Positions 20,126-30,550 are shown, counted from the stretch's first letter. The stretch is 64,000 nt of DNA from Chloroflexota bacterium (GCA_003169735.1 PNAP01000034.1:45648-109647); one strand, 5' to 3'. Notes: generated by a model from the letters alone, not told the origin. Made by a program: numbers and translations.

Positions 20126-21076
20126 ATGGAGCGTCGCTCGATCGTGGTCCTCGCCGGCGGGTTCGGCGGGGCGAAGCTCGCCCACGGCATGGCCCTCATC
20201 GCCGACGAGGCGGCGATCGACCTGTCGGTCATCGTCAACACCGGCGATGACCTCGAGGTCCACGGGCTGTCCGTCTCGCCCGATCTCGACACGGTCATGT
20301 ACACGCTGGCCGGCCTCGCCAACACCGACACGGGCTGGGGCGTGCGCGACGAGACCTGGTCGGCATCCGCGATGCTCGATGGATACGGGGCGCCCGTCTG
20401 GTTCCGACTCGGCGACCGCGATCTGGGCACGCACATCGGCCGCACCAAGCTCCTCCGCGACGGCCGTCGGCTGACGGATGTCACGGCCGCTTTGACGCAC
20501 GGCCTGGGCATCGCGGCCAGATTGCTGCCGATGACCGACGAACGCGTGCGCACGCACATCCGGACCGCCGAGGGCTGGCTCGATTTCCAGGAGTGGTTCG
20601 TCCGCCGCCATCACGCCGACCCGGCGCTGGAGGTGCGCTTCGAAGGCATCGAGTCGGCTCACCCGACGCCGGAAGTGGCCGAAGCCATCGCCCGTGCCGA
20701 CCTCATCGTCTTCGCACCGTCCAACCCGTTTGTGAGCATCGGCACCATCCTGGCCGTGCCCGGGATGCTGACCGCGTTGATGGCCGCCGAGGCCCGCATC
20801 GTGGCTGTGAGCCCCATCGTCGGCGGCGCGGCGCTGCGTGGCCCGGCCGACCAGATGTTCGCGTCACTCGGCGGCGAGTCGAGCGCCGCCGGCGTCGCGC
20901 GCCACTACCTCGGGCTCCACCCCGGGCTGCTTGACGCCATCGTCATCGACCGCCAGGACGCCTCGTCGGCGCCCGAGATCGAGGCGCTCGGTCTGCGCGT
21001 GCAGGTCGCCCAGACGGTCATGACCAACGACGCCGAGCGAGCCGAGCTGGCGCGCGCGATCGTCAGCGAGGCCTGA
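20126..21076 (+). CDS. cofD: 2-phospho-L-lactate transferase (F420 biosynthesis)
   Basis: IVVLAGGFGGAKLAHG and the rest of the CofD/FbiA family (UPF0052) fold. Confidence 0.85.
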   Translation: MERRSIVVLAGGFGGAKLAHGMALIADEAAIDLSVIVNTGDDLEVHGLSVSPDLDTVMYTLAGLANTDTGWGVRDETWSASAMLDGYGAPVWFRLGDRDLGTHIGRTKLLRDGRRLTDVTAALTHGLGIAARLLPMTDERVRTHIRTAEGWLDFQEWFVRRHHADPALEVRFEGIESAHPTPEVAEAIARADLIVFAPSNPFVSIGTILAVPGMLTALMAAEARIVAVSPIVGGAALRGPADQMFASLGGESSAAGVARHYLGLHPGLLDAIVIDRQDASSAPEIEALGLRVQVAQTVMTNDAERAELARAIVSEA

Positions 21077-21142
21077 CGAGGACAGGTCGCTGGACATTTC
21101 AGTGGTCGCGGGCGGGCGACGGACATACCACGCCGCTCTACC

Positions 21143-21883
21143 ATGCCCGACGTGATGCCCCGAACGAACCCTTCCACCGGCGGGACACCGCCCGCCGACC
21201 TCGATCGACTCCACGTTCTCGTGCCGCTGCGCAGTTTCGTGGGCGGCAAGGCGCGCCTGGGCGAAGCGATCGACGCCGAGGAACGCGAGACGCTGTTGCG
21301 CGGCATGCTCTGGCGGACGCTGGCGACCGTGACGCAGTGGCCGGCGACGCGTGCCGTGCATCTGGTGAGCATGGACGGGGACGCGCTCGCGGCGGCACGA
21401 CCGGACCGGGCACCGGGCCTCGGCCTCGCTCCCATCCGACCGTTACTCCAACCGGAAGAGGGATTGAACGAGGCGCTGACGATCGCCCGCGACGACGCGG
21501 TCCGCGGCGGGGCGACGGCGGTGCTGATGCTCCCCGCCGATCTGCCACTCCTCTCAGGGGAAGCACTGGACCTTCTCCTCGAGGCGGCCGACGCGGCACT
21601 CGCCGCCGGCCATGGTCGGCCCGTGGTGGTGGTCGCGCCGTCCGATGCGCGGGGCGGCACGAACGCCCTGCTGCTCTCGCCGCCCGCGGTCATCCCACCG
21701 AGCTTCGGGTCGGCCAGTCTCGAAGCTCATCTGCGAGCGGCGAAGAAGGCCGATGCCAGCCTCCAGGTGGTCGACGATCCGCGCCTCGGCTTCGACCTGG
21801 ATACGCCCGAGGACCTCGAGCGCCTCGAGCCATCGCTGCTCGAGGAACTGGCCGCTCTCGGTGCGGTTCGAGGCGCGCCGTGA
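21143..21883 (+). CDS. cofC: 2-phospho-L-lactate / phosphoenolpyruvate guanylyltransferase
   Basis: LVPLRSFVGGKARLG and the MobA-like NTP-transferase fold. Confidence 0.8.
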   Translation: MPDVMPRTNPSTGGTPPADLDRLHVLVPLRSFVGGKARLGEAIDAEERETLLRGMLWRTLATVTQWPATRAVHLVSMDGDALAAARPDRAPGLGLAPIRPLLQPEEGLNEALTIARDDAVRGGATAVLMLPADLPLLSGEALDLLLEAADAALAAGHGRPVVVVAPSDARGGTNALLLSPPAVIPPSFGSASLEAHLRAAKKADASLQVVDDPRLGFDLDTPEDLERLEPSLLEELAALGAVRGAP

Positions 21884-22653
21884 CCAGCGGGCTGCTGGCA
21901 GTAGCGTTGCCGCCGCTCCCCCAGGTGCGGCCGGGCGACGACCTGGCCGCGATGGCCATCGAGGCATGGCGGTCGCTGGCCGACGAGGATCCGTCGCTCG
22001 CGCCGGCGGCCGGCGACGTGCTCGTGGTCACCCAGAAGGTCGTCTCGAAGGCAGAGGGCCGCGTAGTCGACCTTCGGACCGTCCAGCCGCGGCCAGCGGC
22101 GGTCGACTTCGCCGCCCGTTTCGAGCGTGACGCCCGCCAGGTCGAGGTGGTGCTGCGCGAGTCGGTCGACATCCTGCGCATGGAACGCGGCGTCATCATC
22201 AGCCGCACGGCGCACGGATTCGTCTGTGCCAACGCCGGTGTCGATGCCTCCAACGTCGGCGAACCCGACACGGTCACGCTGCTCCCCGAGGATCCCGACG
22301 CTTCCGCGCGCGGCATCCGGGACCGTCTCGTGGCGGCCTTCGGCGTTCCCATCGGTGTCATCGTGAGCGACTCGTTCGGGCGGCCGTGGCGGTGGGGAAT
22401 CACGGACGTGGCCCTCGGCGTGGCCGGATTCGCGCCGCTCGATGACCTGCGCGGCCATCCCGACGCTGATGGGCGGGTGATGCATGCCACGGTCGTGGCC
22501 GTGGCCGACGAGATCGCCTCGGCCGCGGAACTGGCGTCGGGCAAGGTCACCGGACGCCCGCTGACGCTCGTCCGTGGCGCCACCCTGCCCGACGGCGACG
22601 GCACCGTGGCGCGCGACGTGGTCATGCCCCGCGACGCCGACCTGTTCACCTGA
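21880..22653 (+). CDS. cofE: Coenzyme F420-0:L-glutamate ligase (CofE; standalone, no FbiB C-terminal nitroreductase domain)
   Basis: GTG start overlaps the cofC stop (GTGA). VLVVTQKVVSKAEGRVV and the 257-aa length match the CofE domain only. Confidence 0.8.
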   Translation: MTSGLLAVALPPLPQVRPGDDLAAMAIEAWRSLADEDPSLAPAAGDVLVVTQKVVSKAEGRVVDLRTVQPRPAAVDFAARFERDARQVEVVLRESVDILRMERGVIISRTAHGFVCANAGVDASNVGEPDTVTLLPEDPDASARGIRDRLVAAFGVPIGVIVSDSFGRPWRWGITDVALGVAGFAPLDDLRGHPDADGRVMHATVVAVADEIASAAELASGKVTGRPLTLVRGATLPDGDGTVARDVVMPRDADLFT

Positions 22654-22695
22654 CCGGTAACCACCTCGGATGGCCATAACCGTTACTCTGCGCGG

Positions 22696-23604
22696 GTGAA
22701 ACTCGGACTCCAGATCTCGTCGTTCACGTGGCCCGGTGGAGACGCCGAGATCGGACCGACGCTGGCACGGGTCGTGCGCACCGCTGACGAGGTCGGCTTC
22801 GATTCCATCTGGGTGATGGACCATTTCTTCCAGATCCGCGGCAACGGTCCGCCGGAGGACCCGATGCTCGAGGGTTTCACGACGCTCGGGTACGCGGCGG
22901 GCCTGACCAAGCGCGCCCGACTCGGCCTGATGGTCGGCGGCATCCACTATCGCCAACCGGCACTCTGGATCAAGGCCGCGACCACGCTCGATGTGCTCGC
23001 CGGCGGCCGGACCTACTTCGGCATCGGCGCCGCCTGGAACATCGAGGAATCGAACGCGCTCGGCTTCGCGTTCCCCGAGCTGCGCGACCGATTCGGCATG
23101 CTCGAGGAGACGCTCCAGATGGCGCACCAGGCCTGGCGCGGCGACGACGGACCGTACGAAGGGCAGTACTACCAGGCCGGCCGGCTGCTCAACCACCCGC
23201 AGTCGCTCAGCCGGCCGCATCCACCCATCATCATCGGCGGCGGCGGCGAGCAGAAGACGCTCAGGCTCGTGGCGCAATACGCGGACGCCTGCAACATCTT
23301 CGGCGGGCCGGACAACCTGCAGCACAAGTACGACGTGCTGCGGGGCCACTGCGAGCGGCTCGGCCGCGACTACGACACCATCGAGAAGTCCAACCTGGCG
23401 GGCATCTCCATCACCACCGATGGCGCCGACGGGTCGCTGACGCCGGCCGCGTTCGTCGATCGCCTCGGCGGCTGGGCTGACGCTGGCTCGATGCACACCA
23501 TCTTCAGCGTCCGCGACGTCTGGGACGTCAGCAAGCTCGAGCTCATCGGTCGCGACGTGATCCCGCAGGTCCGCGACCTGGGCGACCGGAGCCCGATCGA
23601 CTAG
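22696..23604 (+). CDS. LLM-class F420-dependent oxidoreductase
   Basis: GTG start, then a luciferase-like fold (SIWVMDHF, GIGAAWN). Confidence 0.75.
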   Translation: MKLGLQISSFTWPGGDAEIGPTLARVVRTADEVGFDSIWVMDHFFQIRGNGPPEDPMLEGFTTLGYAAGLTKRARLGLMVGGIHYRQPALWIKAATTLDVLAGGRTYFGIGAAWNIEESNALGFAFPELRDRFGMLEETLQMAHQAWRGDDGPYEGQYYQAGRLLNHPQSLSRPHPPIIIGGGGEQKTLRLVAQYADACNIFGGPDNLQHKYDVLRGHCERLGRDYDTIEKSNLAGISITTDGADGSLTPAAFVDRLGGWADAGSMHTIFSVRDVWDVSKLELIGRDVIPQVRDLGDRSPID

Positions 23605-24191
23605 GACATCGTCGGCGCCTGGGGGCCCTGCTCCTGGTGGCGGCCGGTCGGCACCGGATGGGTCTCGTCGGGCACTTCCTCGACGGGTTCTGCGTCGTCG
23701 GCGTACAGCGGAAGGCGCAGCCGCGCGGCGAGCAACAGGTACGAACCGACGATGACCGGCACGGCCGGCCAGCCCCGGACCGCCAGGTCCAGGACCCCCG
23801 GCCCGAGCCCCGTCGCGAAGATGACCGCTCCGACGGCGATGAGCGCCGAGCCCGGGACGAGCGGCCAGGTCCGTACCGAGTGCACGTCGTAGATGGCGCC
23901 GAGGATCGAGACGAGCACGAAGCCGAAGCCGATGCTGACGAGGACTCCCGCACCCGCGAGGTCGGGATCGCCCTGGCGGGCGGTAAGGATGCCGACGCCG
24001 ATGCCGGAGATGACGCCGCCCGCGCTGAGGAACGCCGGCGATCGCAGTACGAGGAACAGGCCGAGCAACCCCAGGCCGAGCAGCAACGGGATAAGGAAGG
24101 CGACGTCGGGCAGGAACGTGAGAGCCAGTTCGAAGCTGCCCACGATGAGCAGGATCCCGCCGGCGATCCAATCGCGACTGATGCGCGGCAT
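23601..24191 (-). CDS. Hypothetical integral membrane protein
   Basis: Five to six TM helices. The start was chosen at MPRISRDW because the ORF upstream of it overlaps the trxB promoter region. Confidence 0.4.
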   Translation of the reverse strand: MPRISRDWIAGGILLIVGSFELALTFLPDVAFLIPLLLGLGLLGLFLVLRSPAFLSAGGVISGIGVGILTARQGDPDLAGAGVLVSIGFGFVLVSILGAIYDVHSVRTWPLVPGSALIAVGAVIFATGLGPGVLDLAVRGWPAVPVIVGSYLLLAARLRLPLYADDAEPVEEVPDETHPVPTGRHQEQGPQAPTMS

Positions 24192-24300
24192 GGCATCAGT
24201 ATGCGACGCACGATGAGATGGCGGCGAGGCGATGCGAGCTTGCAGCCATCCGAGCCAGCGATACTCCCCAGGAGTATCTTCTCGTGCTAGGATTCGAACC

Positions 24301-25368
24301 ATGACGCCTCCGATCACCGGTTTCCCGGCCATCTCCATCGTCGACGACGGCACCGCGAGCGCGGCCGCGGCGAACTCGGCCGTGGCGACTGCGCCGTCCG
24401 GACGCGGTGGCCACGCGAAGGTGGTCATCGTCGGGTCCGGACCGGCCGGCCTGACGGCGGCGATCTACGCGGCCCGCGCCAACCTCGAACCGATCGTCCT
24501 TGCCGGCTACGTGCCTGGCGGCCAACTGATGATCACCAGTGACGTCGAGAACTACCCGGGCTTCATCGACGGCGTCCAGGGACCCGAGTTGATGGACATG
24601 TTCCGCAAGCAGGCGGAGCGGTTCGGTGCCCGGATCATGGATGTCGACGTCGACAAGGTCGATTTCTCGGCCCGGCCATTCCGCCTCTGGGCCGATGGCG
24701 ACGCCTACACGGCCGATTCGGTCATCGTCGCGACCGGCGCGTCAGCGCTGTGGCTTGGCCTGGACAATGAGACGCGGCTGCGCGGCCGTGGCGTCAGCGC
24801 CTGCGCGACGTGCGATGGGTTCTTCTTCCGTGGCAAGAAGGTGGCCGTGGTCGGTGGCGGCGATACGGCCCTCGAGGAAGCCACGTTCCTGACTCGCTTC
24901 GCGACCGAGGTCGTGATGCTCCACCGGCGCGACCAGTTCCGCGGCAGCAAGATCATGCAGGCGCGGGCGCTGGCCAACCCCAAGATCTCGGTGCGCTGGA
25001 ACCGGGAGGTCATCGACGTGCTCGGCGAGGAGGTCGTCAGCGGCGTCCGATTGCGCGACACCGAGACGGGCCAGGAGGTGGTCGAAACGACCGACGGACT
25101 CTTCCTCGCCATCGGCTACCGACCCAACACGGAGGTCTTCCGCGACTGGCTCGAGGTCGATGAGAAGGGCTACCTGAAGGTCCATGACGAGACGCTCTCG
25201 AAGATCGATGGCGTGTTCGTGGCCGGCGACGTCCACGACCATCGCTACCGCCAGGCGGTGACCGCCGCGGCCGACGGCTGCAAGGCCGCCATCGATGCCG
25301 AACGGTGGCTCGAGGCGCAAGGAAGCTCCGAACCGGTCGCCGGGGCGGTAGCCGTCGCCACCTCGTAG
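24301..25368 (+). CDS. trxB: Thioredoxin-disulfide reductase
   Basis: GSGPAG FAD motif, redox-active CATCDG, and GGGDTALEEA NADPH motif. Confidence 0.85.
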   Translation: MTPPITGFPAISIVDDGTASAAAANSAVATAPSGRGGHAKVVIVGSGPAGLTAAIYAARANLEPIVLAGYVPGGQLMITSDVENYPGFIDGVQGPELMDMFRKQAERFGARIMDVDVDKVDFSARPFRLWADGDAYTADSVIVATGASALWLGLDNETRLRGRGVSACATCDGFFFRGKKVAVVGGGDTALEEATFLTRFATEVVMLHRRDQFRGSKIMQARALANPKISVRWNREVIDVLGEEVVSGVRLRDTETGQEVVETTDGLFLAIGYRPNTEVFRDWLEVDEKGYLKVHDETLSKIDGVFVAGDVHDHRYRQAVTAAADGCKAAIDAERWLEAQGSSEPVAGAVAVATS

Positions 25369-25390
25369 TCGCTCGGCTCAGATGCCCGGC

Positions 25391-26365
25391 CTACTCGCTG
25401 TAGCCGGTCTCGCGCATGCCGCGGCCCAGGCGGCCGCGGAGCCAATGGTCGGCGCGGGGGGAGATGTCCTTACGCCAGCGGTCGGCGGCGCCGGCATCGA
25501 AACCGGCCTGACCGACCTGGCTGCCCTTGGAGACGACCTTCTGCTGGAGGACGCGCTCTTCCATCTCGACCCCGAGAAAGGTGAACAGGCCTTCCAGGGT
25601 CGCCCGAGGCTCGCGAACCAGGTCTTCGAAGCGGACGAGGCGGTACCGGTCGGGGTAGCGCGCGCTCAACACGCGATGCCGGTCCGCGGCGCCGCGCCAG
25701 ACCCACGTGACCTGGCCAAGGATGAAGCCCCGAAACAGCGGCGGAACGTGGACCAACTGGCGATACGGCACGCTCTCGGGCCGATCCAACCGGCGTCGCA
25801 CCTCGGACAGATAGATGGCGCGCGGGTCGCGCAGCATGTGCACGACTCGTCCGCGCGGGAACCATTCCATCAACGTGTCCACGAACGCAAGGTGCGCCGG
25901 CGTCTTCTCGCCCATCACGGCTTTGCCCCGGGCGTCTGCGTAGGCACGCATCAGGACGATGAACAGCCCTCGATCCGTCCGATCCGACGCCAGCACCCGC
26001 GCCTCGAACTCGGACCGGTCCATCGTCCGCGTCAGCCAGCGCCAGTACGGGCTGATCTCGCGTAGCCGTGAGCGCCGCTGGAAGTCGCCCGACCAGATCA
26101 GATCGACCAGCCGGCGCACCGCGGCGTCATCGTGAAGGTCGCCTGCCCGATGGAAGTAGTGCCGCGCCCCTTCTCGTTCCAGCAAGTGGCCGAGGTAGTG
26201 GTTCTCCGTGGCGATGCCGATCCGACTCGAACTATCGAGTACCCTCCGCATGAGGGTCGTGCCACTCCGGCTGACCCCGACGATGAAGATGGCTTCGGGC
26301 TCGCCCGCGGATGGGTCGCTCGGCTCAGTGATGGACTCGCCGCTCACCGTGAGGGAAACGCCCAA
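25391..26365 (-). CDS. Sulfotransferase family protein (PAPS-dependent)
   Basis: 5'-PSB P-loop FIVGVSRSGTTL and a 3'-PB region. Confidence 0.7.
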   Translation of the reverse strand: MGVSLTVSGESITEPSDPSAGEPEAIFIVGVSRSGTTLMRRVLDSSSRIGIATENHYLGHLLEREGARHYFHRAGDLHDDAAVRRLVDLIWSGDFQRRSRLREISPYWRWLTRTMDRSEFEARVLASDRTDRGLFIVLMRAYADARGKAVMGEKTPAHLAFVDTLMEWFPRGRVVHMLRDPRAIYLSEVRRRLDRPESVPYRQLVHVPPLFRGFILGQVTWVWRGAADRHRVLSARYPDRYRLVRFEDLVREPRATLEGLFTFLGVEMEERVLQQKVVSKGSQVGQAGFDAGAADRWRKDISPRADHWLRGRLGRGMRETGYSE

Positions 26366-26454
26366 CTGATGGCATGGATCGCCAGCACCCGCACCTCCGC
26401 TGCTCCGGCGCAGTGGCCGGCGGGCGATCGTAGCACTCCCCGATCGCGACGCTG

Positions 26455-28566
26455 ATGGTGCCGCTCCTGGCGCGCAGTGGCGTTCGGCTCTTCCTCACCA
26501 GCGCCACGCTGCTCTTCGTCGAGCTGATGCTCATCCGGTGGATCCCGTCCCAGGTCCTCTACATCGGCTTCTTCAGCAACTTCCTGCTGATGGCGAGCTT
26601 CCTCGGCATCGGCCTCGGCATCCTGCTCGGCCGGAGTGGCCGTCAGATGCCGCTGTGGCCATTCGCGCTGCTGCTGCTCGGCGTTGCCGTGCTGGTCATC
26701 GAGGCGCAGCTCAACGTCCAGGTCAAGTCGCAGGACGAACTGTTCTTCGGGCTCGCCGAGAGCCACGCTGCCGACACCAACTTCCTGGTCCTGCCACTCG
26801 TCTTCCTGCTGGTGACGCTGGTCATGACCGCGCTCGCCGTCCCGCTCGGGCCACTGCTGCGAAGCATGCCGCCGCTGCGCGCCTACGCCATCGACATCAG
26901 CGGTTCGATGGCCGGCATCGCGGTCTTCACTGGACTGTCGGCCGCCGGGACCGATCCGGGCGTCTGGTACACGGTCATCGGCATCCTCTTCCTGCTGCTC
27001 CTCGGCGGCATGCGCATCAAACGGCGCTGGACCGAGGTGGGCGGGGCGCTGGTCGGTATGGCGGCCATCGTCGCCGTCATCGTGTTCATCGCCACGAGCG
27101 GAGCCGCCGGCGAGATCTGGTCGCCCTATTACCGCATCGACAAGGTCAGTACGAACGAGGGCGAGTACATCAACGTCAACGGCATCCCGCACCAGGTGAT
27201 GCTGGCCAACGACTCGCCGTTCAAGGAAGGCTTCTACGACCAGGTCTACCAGTGGTTCCCGGGGCGCACCTACAACGACGTCCTGATCGTCGGGGCGGGC
27301 AGCGGCACGGACACCTCCGTCGCCCTCGCTCATGGCGCGGGGCACATCGACGCGGTCGAGATCGATCCGGCCATCCAGGCCATCGGGCGCGCCGACCACC
27401 CCGATCATCCCTACCAGGATCCGCGCGTCACGGCCTATAACAACGACGGCCGGGCGTTCCTGCGCAACACGACCCAGAAATACGACCTGGTGGTCTTCGC
27501 GCTGCCCGATTCGCTGACGCTGGTCAGCACCACCGCCAACATCCGACTCGAATCCTTCCTCTTCACGGTCCAGGCCTTCGAGTCGGTCAAGGACCATCTC
27601 AACCCCGACGGCATCTTCGTGCTCTACAACTTCTATCGCGAGGACTGGCTCGTCACCAAGCTCGCCGACATGCTGACCGAGGCGTTCGGGCAACCGCCGC
27701 TCGTGCACACGTATCAGCAGGTTTCGGCGGCGTTGGCCGACGGACCGTTGGTGGCGTCGCTCAACGGAGGGCCGCCGCCCGGCGACACGGTCGACCCGGT
27801 GCCAGTGGTGGCCGGTGACGTCCCGACCCCCGCCACGGACGACTGGCCGTTCCTGTACCTGCGGACGCCGTTCATCGCGCCGTACTACTTCCTTGCCCTG
27901 GGCATGATCCTGATCGGCGCGGTGGTCGGGGTGGGCCTCTCGGCGCGCGTCACGGGCACGAGCCTGCGGCGCTTCAGCCCGCACTTCTTCGCCCTCGGTG
28001 TGGCGTTCCTGTTACTCGAGACGCGTAGCCTGGTCAGTTTCAGCCTGCTCTTCGGCACGACCTGGCTGGTCAACGCCCTGGCGTTCTTCGCCATCCTGGC
28101 AAGCGTCTTGCTGGCCATCCTGATCAACGCGCGGTGGCGCATCCGCCAAGCGCGCTGGCTCTACGTCGGCCTCTTCGTCGCCCTCGGCGTCGCCTTCGTC
28201 GTCCCGCCCGAGCAGGTCCTGATCGATCCGCCGGCGCTTCGCTATCTCCTCGCCGCGGTGCTCGCGTTCGCACCCGTCTTCTTCGCCAATCTCGTCTTCA
28301 GCTACTCGTTCCGCGACACCAAGACGGCCGACATGGCCTTCGCCAGCAACCTGCTCGGTGCGATGGTCGGTGGAGCGCTCGAATACCTCGCCCTCTTGAC
28401 CGGCTACCAGGCGCTGATGCTGGTCGTGGCGCTGCTGTACGTGTTCGCCTATCTCTTCGCCAACCGCTGGCGGATGCTGTCCGACCGCGATCTTTCCGCG
28501 ACCGGCGATGATCGGTCCGACCAGACCGAATCGGCCGGCATGCAGGAGGCATCGGCAACCGTTTGA
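26455..28566 (+). CDS. Polyamine aminopropyltransferase (spermidine synthase)-like domain embedded in a multi-TM membrane protein
   Basis: About 7 N-terminal TM helices, then VLIVGAGSGTD...DAVEIDPAIQ...DLVVFALPDS (SpeE Rossmann fold), then about 4 more TM helices. Confidence 0.75.
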   Translation: MVPLLARSGVRLFLTSATLLFVELMLIRWIPSQVLYIGFFSNFLLMASFLGIGLGILLGRSGRQMPLWPFALLLLGVAVLVIEAQLNVQVKSQDELFFGLAESHAADTNFLVLPLVFLLVTLVMTALAVPLGPLLRSMPPLRAYAIDISGSMAGIAVFTGLSAAGTDPGVWYTVIGILFLLLLGGMRIKRRWTEVGGALVGMAAIVAVIVFIATSGAAGEIWSPYYRIDKVSTNEGEYINVNGIPHQVMLANDSPFKEGFYDQVYQWFPGRTYNDVLIVGAGSGTDTSVALAHGAGHIDAVEIDPAIQAIGRADHPDHPYQDPRVTAYNNDGRAFLRNTTQKYDLVVFALPDSLTLVSTTANIRLESFLFTVQAFESVKDHLNPDGIFVLYNFYREDWLVTKLADMLTEAFGQPPLVHTYQQVSAALADGPLVASLNGGPPPGDTVDPVPVVAGDVPTPATDDWPFLYLRTPFIAPYYFLALGMILIGAVVGVGLSARVTGTSLRRFSPHFFALGVAFLLLETRSLVSFSLLFGTTWLVNALAFFAILASVLLAILINARWRIRQARWLYVGLFVALGVAFVVPPEQVLIDPPALRYLLAAVLAFAPVFFANLVFSYSFRDTKTADMAFASNLLGAMVGGALEYLALLTGYQALMLVVALLYVFAYLFANRWRMLSDRDLSATGDDRSDQTESAGMQEASATV

Positions 28567-28582
28567 CGGCGAGCGAACGAGG

Positions 28583-30550
28583 ATGAGTTTCGGAGGCAGG
28601 GGGCGCTATCACCACATGGGTGGCGGGTCGGGACCCGACATGACGATGCGCCCGCAACGCCGAGCGGCCACCCTGCGCCGCATCGCCGGGTTCTTCCGGC
28701 CCTATCGCGGCCGCGTCCTGATCGTGCTCCTGACGATCATCCTGACGAGCCTCATCGGCCTCGCCAACCCGTACCTGCTGAAGCTGCTCATCGACGACGC
28801 GCTGCCCAACCGCGACCTCGGCAAGCTCGACCTGTACGTCGGCCTGATGATCATCCTGCCCATCATCAGCGGCCTCATCGGCGTCGGCCAGACGTACCTC
28901 AACAACATCATCGGCCAGAGCGTGATGCAGGACCTGCGCAACGCGCTCTACACGCACCTCCAGGCGATGCCGTTGCGCTTCTTCACCGAGACGCGCACGG
29001 GCGAGATCCAGAGCCGCCTTGCCAATGACGTGGGCGGCATCCAATCACTCGTGACCGATACCGCGAGCAGCGTCTTCGCCAACTTCACCGTCGTCATCAG
29101 CACGCTCGCGGCGATGATCCTCATCGATTGGAGGCTGACCGCGCTCTCGGTCGCGGTGACCCCGTTCTTCATGTATCTCACCTATCGCGTCGGCAAGGTG
29201 CGACGCGCGGTCGCCAAGCAGACCCAGGAAAGCCTCGCCGACATCACCACCATCACCGAGGAGACGGTCAGCGTGAGCGGCATGCTCCTGACCAAGACGT
29301 TCGGCCAACAGCAGACGGCCATCGATCGATTCCGGAAGGCCAATGCGAAACTGGCCGTGCTCCAGATCCGCCAGAGCATGGTCGGTCGGTGGTTCTTCAT
29401 GATCATCGGCACGATCTTCAGCATCACGCCGGCGCTCGTCTATTGGCTGGCCGGCATCCTTGCCATCCAGCACGATCCGTCAGCGCCGACCATCGGCGAC
29501 ATCGTCGCTTTCACGACGCTCCAGAGTCGGCTCTTCTTCCCGCTCGGCCAGTTGCTCAACGTCCAGGTCGAGGTGCAGGGCGCGCTCGCGCTCTTCGATC
29601 GCATCTTCGAGTACCTGGAGATGGAGCCCGAGATCGTCGATGCGCCCGACGCAGTGGCGGTCGTACCGGCCGAGGTCAAGGGCAAGGTCCGCTTCCGCCA
29701 CGTCTGGTTCCAGTACCCGGAGCAGGCCATCCTGCCGCCGGCGCCCGGCCTGGCGACCGATGACGATGAGCCGGCGTCGGCCGACGGGGAATCGAACGCC
29801 CAGCGCGGACCCAGCGACGACGCCCGACCGTTCGCGCTCGAGGACATCGACTTCGAGGTCCAGCCGGGCCAGCTGGTCGCCCTCGTCGGCCCCTCGGGCG
29901 CCGGCAAGACCTCGACCACGTATCTCGTCCCTCGGCTCTACGACGTCAACGAGGGCGCCATCGAGATCGACGGCGTCGACGTGCGGCAGATCCGCCTCGC
30001 CAGCCTCGGCGACGTCATCGGCTTCGTGACCCAGGAGACGTATCTCTTCCACGCCACGGTCCGCGAGAACCTGGCGTACGCCAAGCCCGGCGCGACCGAC
30101 CGCGAGATCCAGACCGCCGCTCGGCTGGCGGCGATCCACGACCGTATCCGGGAGCTGCCGCAGGGCTACGACACGACCGTCGGCGAGCGCGGCTACAAGC
30201 TGTCCGGCGGCGAGAAGCAGCGCGTGGCGCTGGCGCGGGTGCTGCTCAAGGATCCGCGCATCCTCATCCTCGACGAGGCGACCAGTGCGCTCGACACGGT
30301 CAGCGAGCGGCTCATCCAGACGGCCATCGAGCGCGTCATGCGCGGCCGCACGACGATCGCCATCGCGCATCGGTTGTCGACGATCCTGCGCGCCGACCAG
30401 ATCCTCGTCTACGAGCGCGGCCGCATCGTGGAACGCGGCACGCACACCGAGCTGCTAGCGCTCGGCGGCGCCTACGCCCGCGTCTACCGCGAGCAGTTCC
30501 TGCCGACCGAGTCCCACGGCGAGCCTACAGAGGTCGCTGCCGTCGCCTGA
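28583..30550 (+). CDS. ABC exporter, fused TMD-NBD (MsbA/lipid-A exporter type)
   Basis: Six-TM ABC exporter domain, Walker A GPSGAGKTS, signature LSGGEKQRVALAR. It has an acidic ~35-aa insert in the NBD. Confidence 0.85.
   Translation: MSFGGRGRYHHMGGGSGPDMTMRPQRRAATLRRIAGFFRPYRGRVLIVLLTIILTSLIGLANPYLLKLLIDDALPNRDLGKLDLYVGLMIILPIISGLIGVGQTYLNNIIGQSVMQDLRNALYTHLQAMPLRFFTETRTGEIQSRLANDVGGIQSLVTDTASSVFANFTVVISTLAAMILIDWRLTALSVAVTPFFMYLTYRVGKVRRAVAKQTQESLADITTITEETVSVSGMLLTKTFGQQQTAIDRFRKANAKLAVLQIRQSMVGRWFFMIIGTIFSITPALVYWLAGILAIQHDPSAPTIGDIVAFTTLQSRLFFPLGQLLNVQVEVQGALALFDRIFEYLEMEPEIVDAPDAVAVVPAEVKGKVRFRHVWFQYPEQAILPPAPGLATDDDEPASADGESNAQRGPSDDARPFALEDIDFEVQPGQLVALVGPSGAGKTSTTYLVPRLYDVNEGAIEIDGVDVRQIRLASLGDVIGFVTQETYLFHATVRENLAYAKPGATDREIQTAARLAAIHDRIRELPQGYDTTVGERGYKLSGGEKQRVALARVLLKDPRILILDEATSALDTVSERLIQTAIERVMRGRTTIAIAHRLSTILRADQILVYERGRIVERGTHTELLALGGAYARVYREQFLPTESHGEPTEVAAVA

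Noticed and set aside
21727-24171. 814-aa minus-strand ORF
   Set aside because: It is antisense to cofE, the LLM oxidoreductase and a membrane protein gene. The sequence is low-complexity and Arg/Pro/Gly-rich with no domain, so it is a GC-driven artefact.
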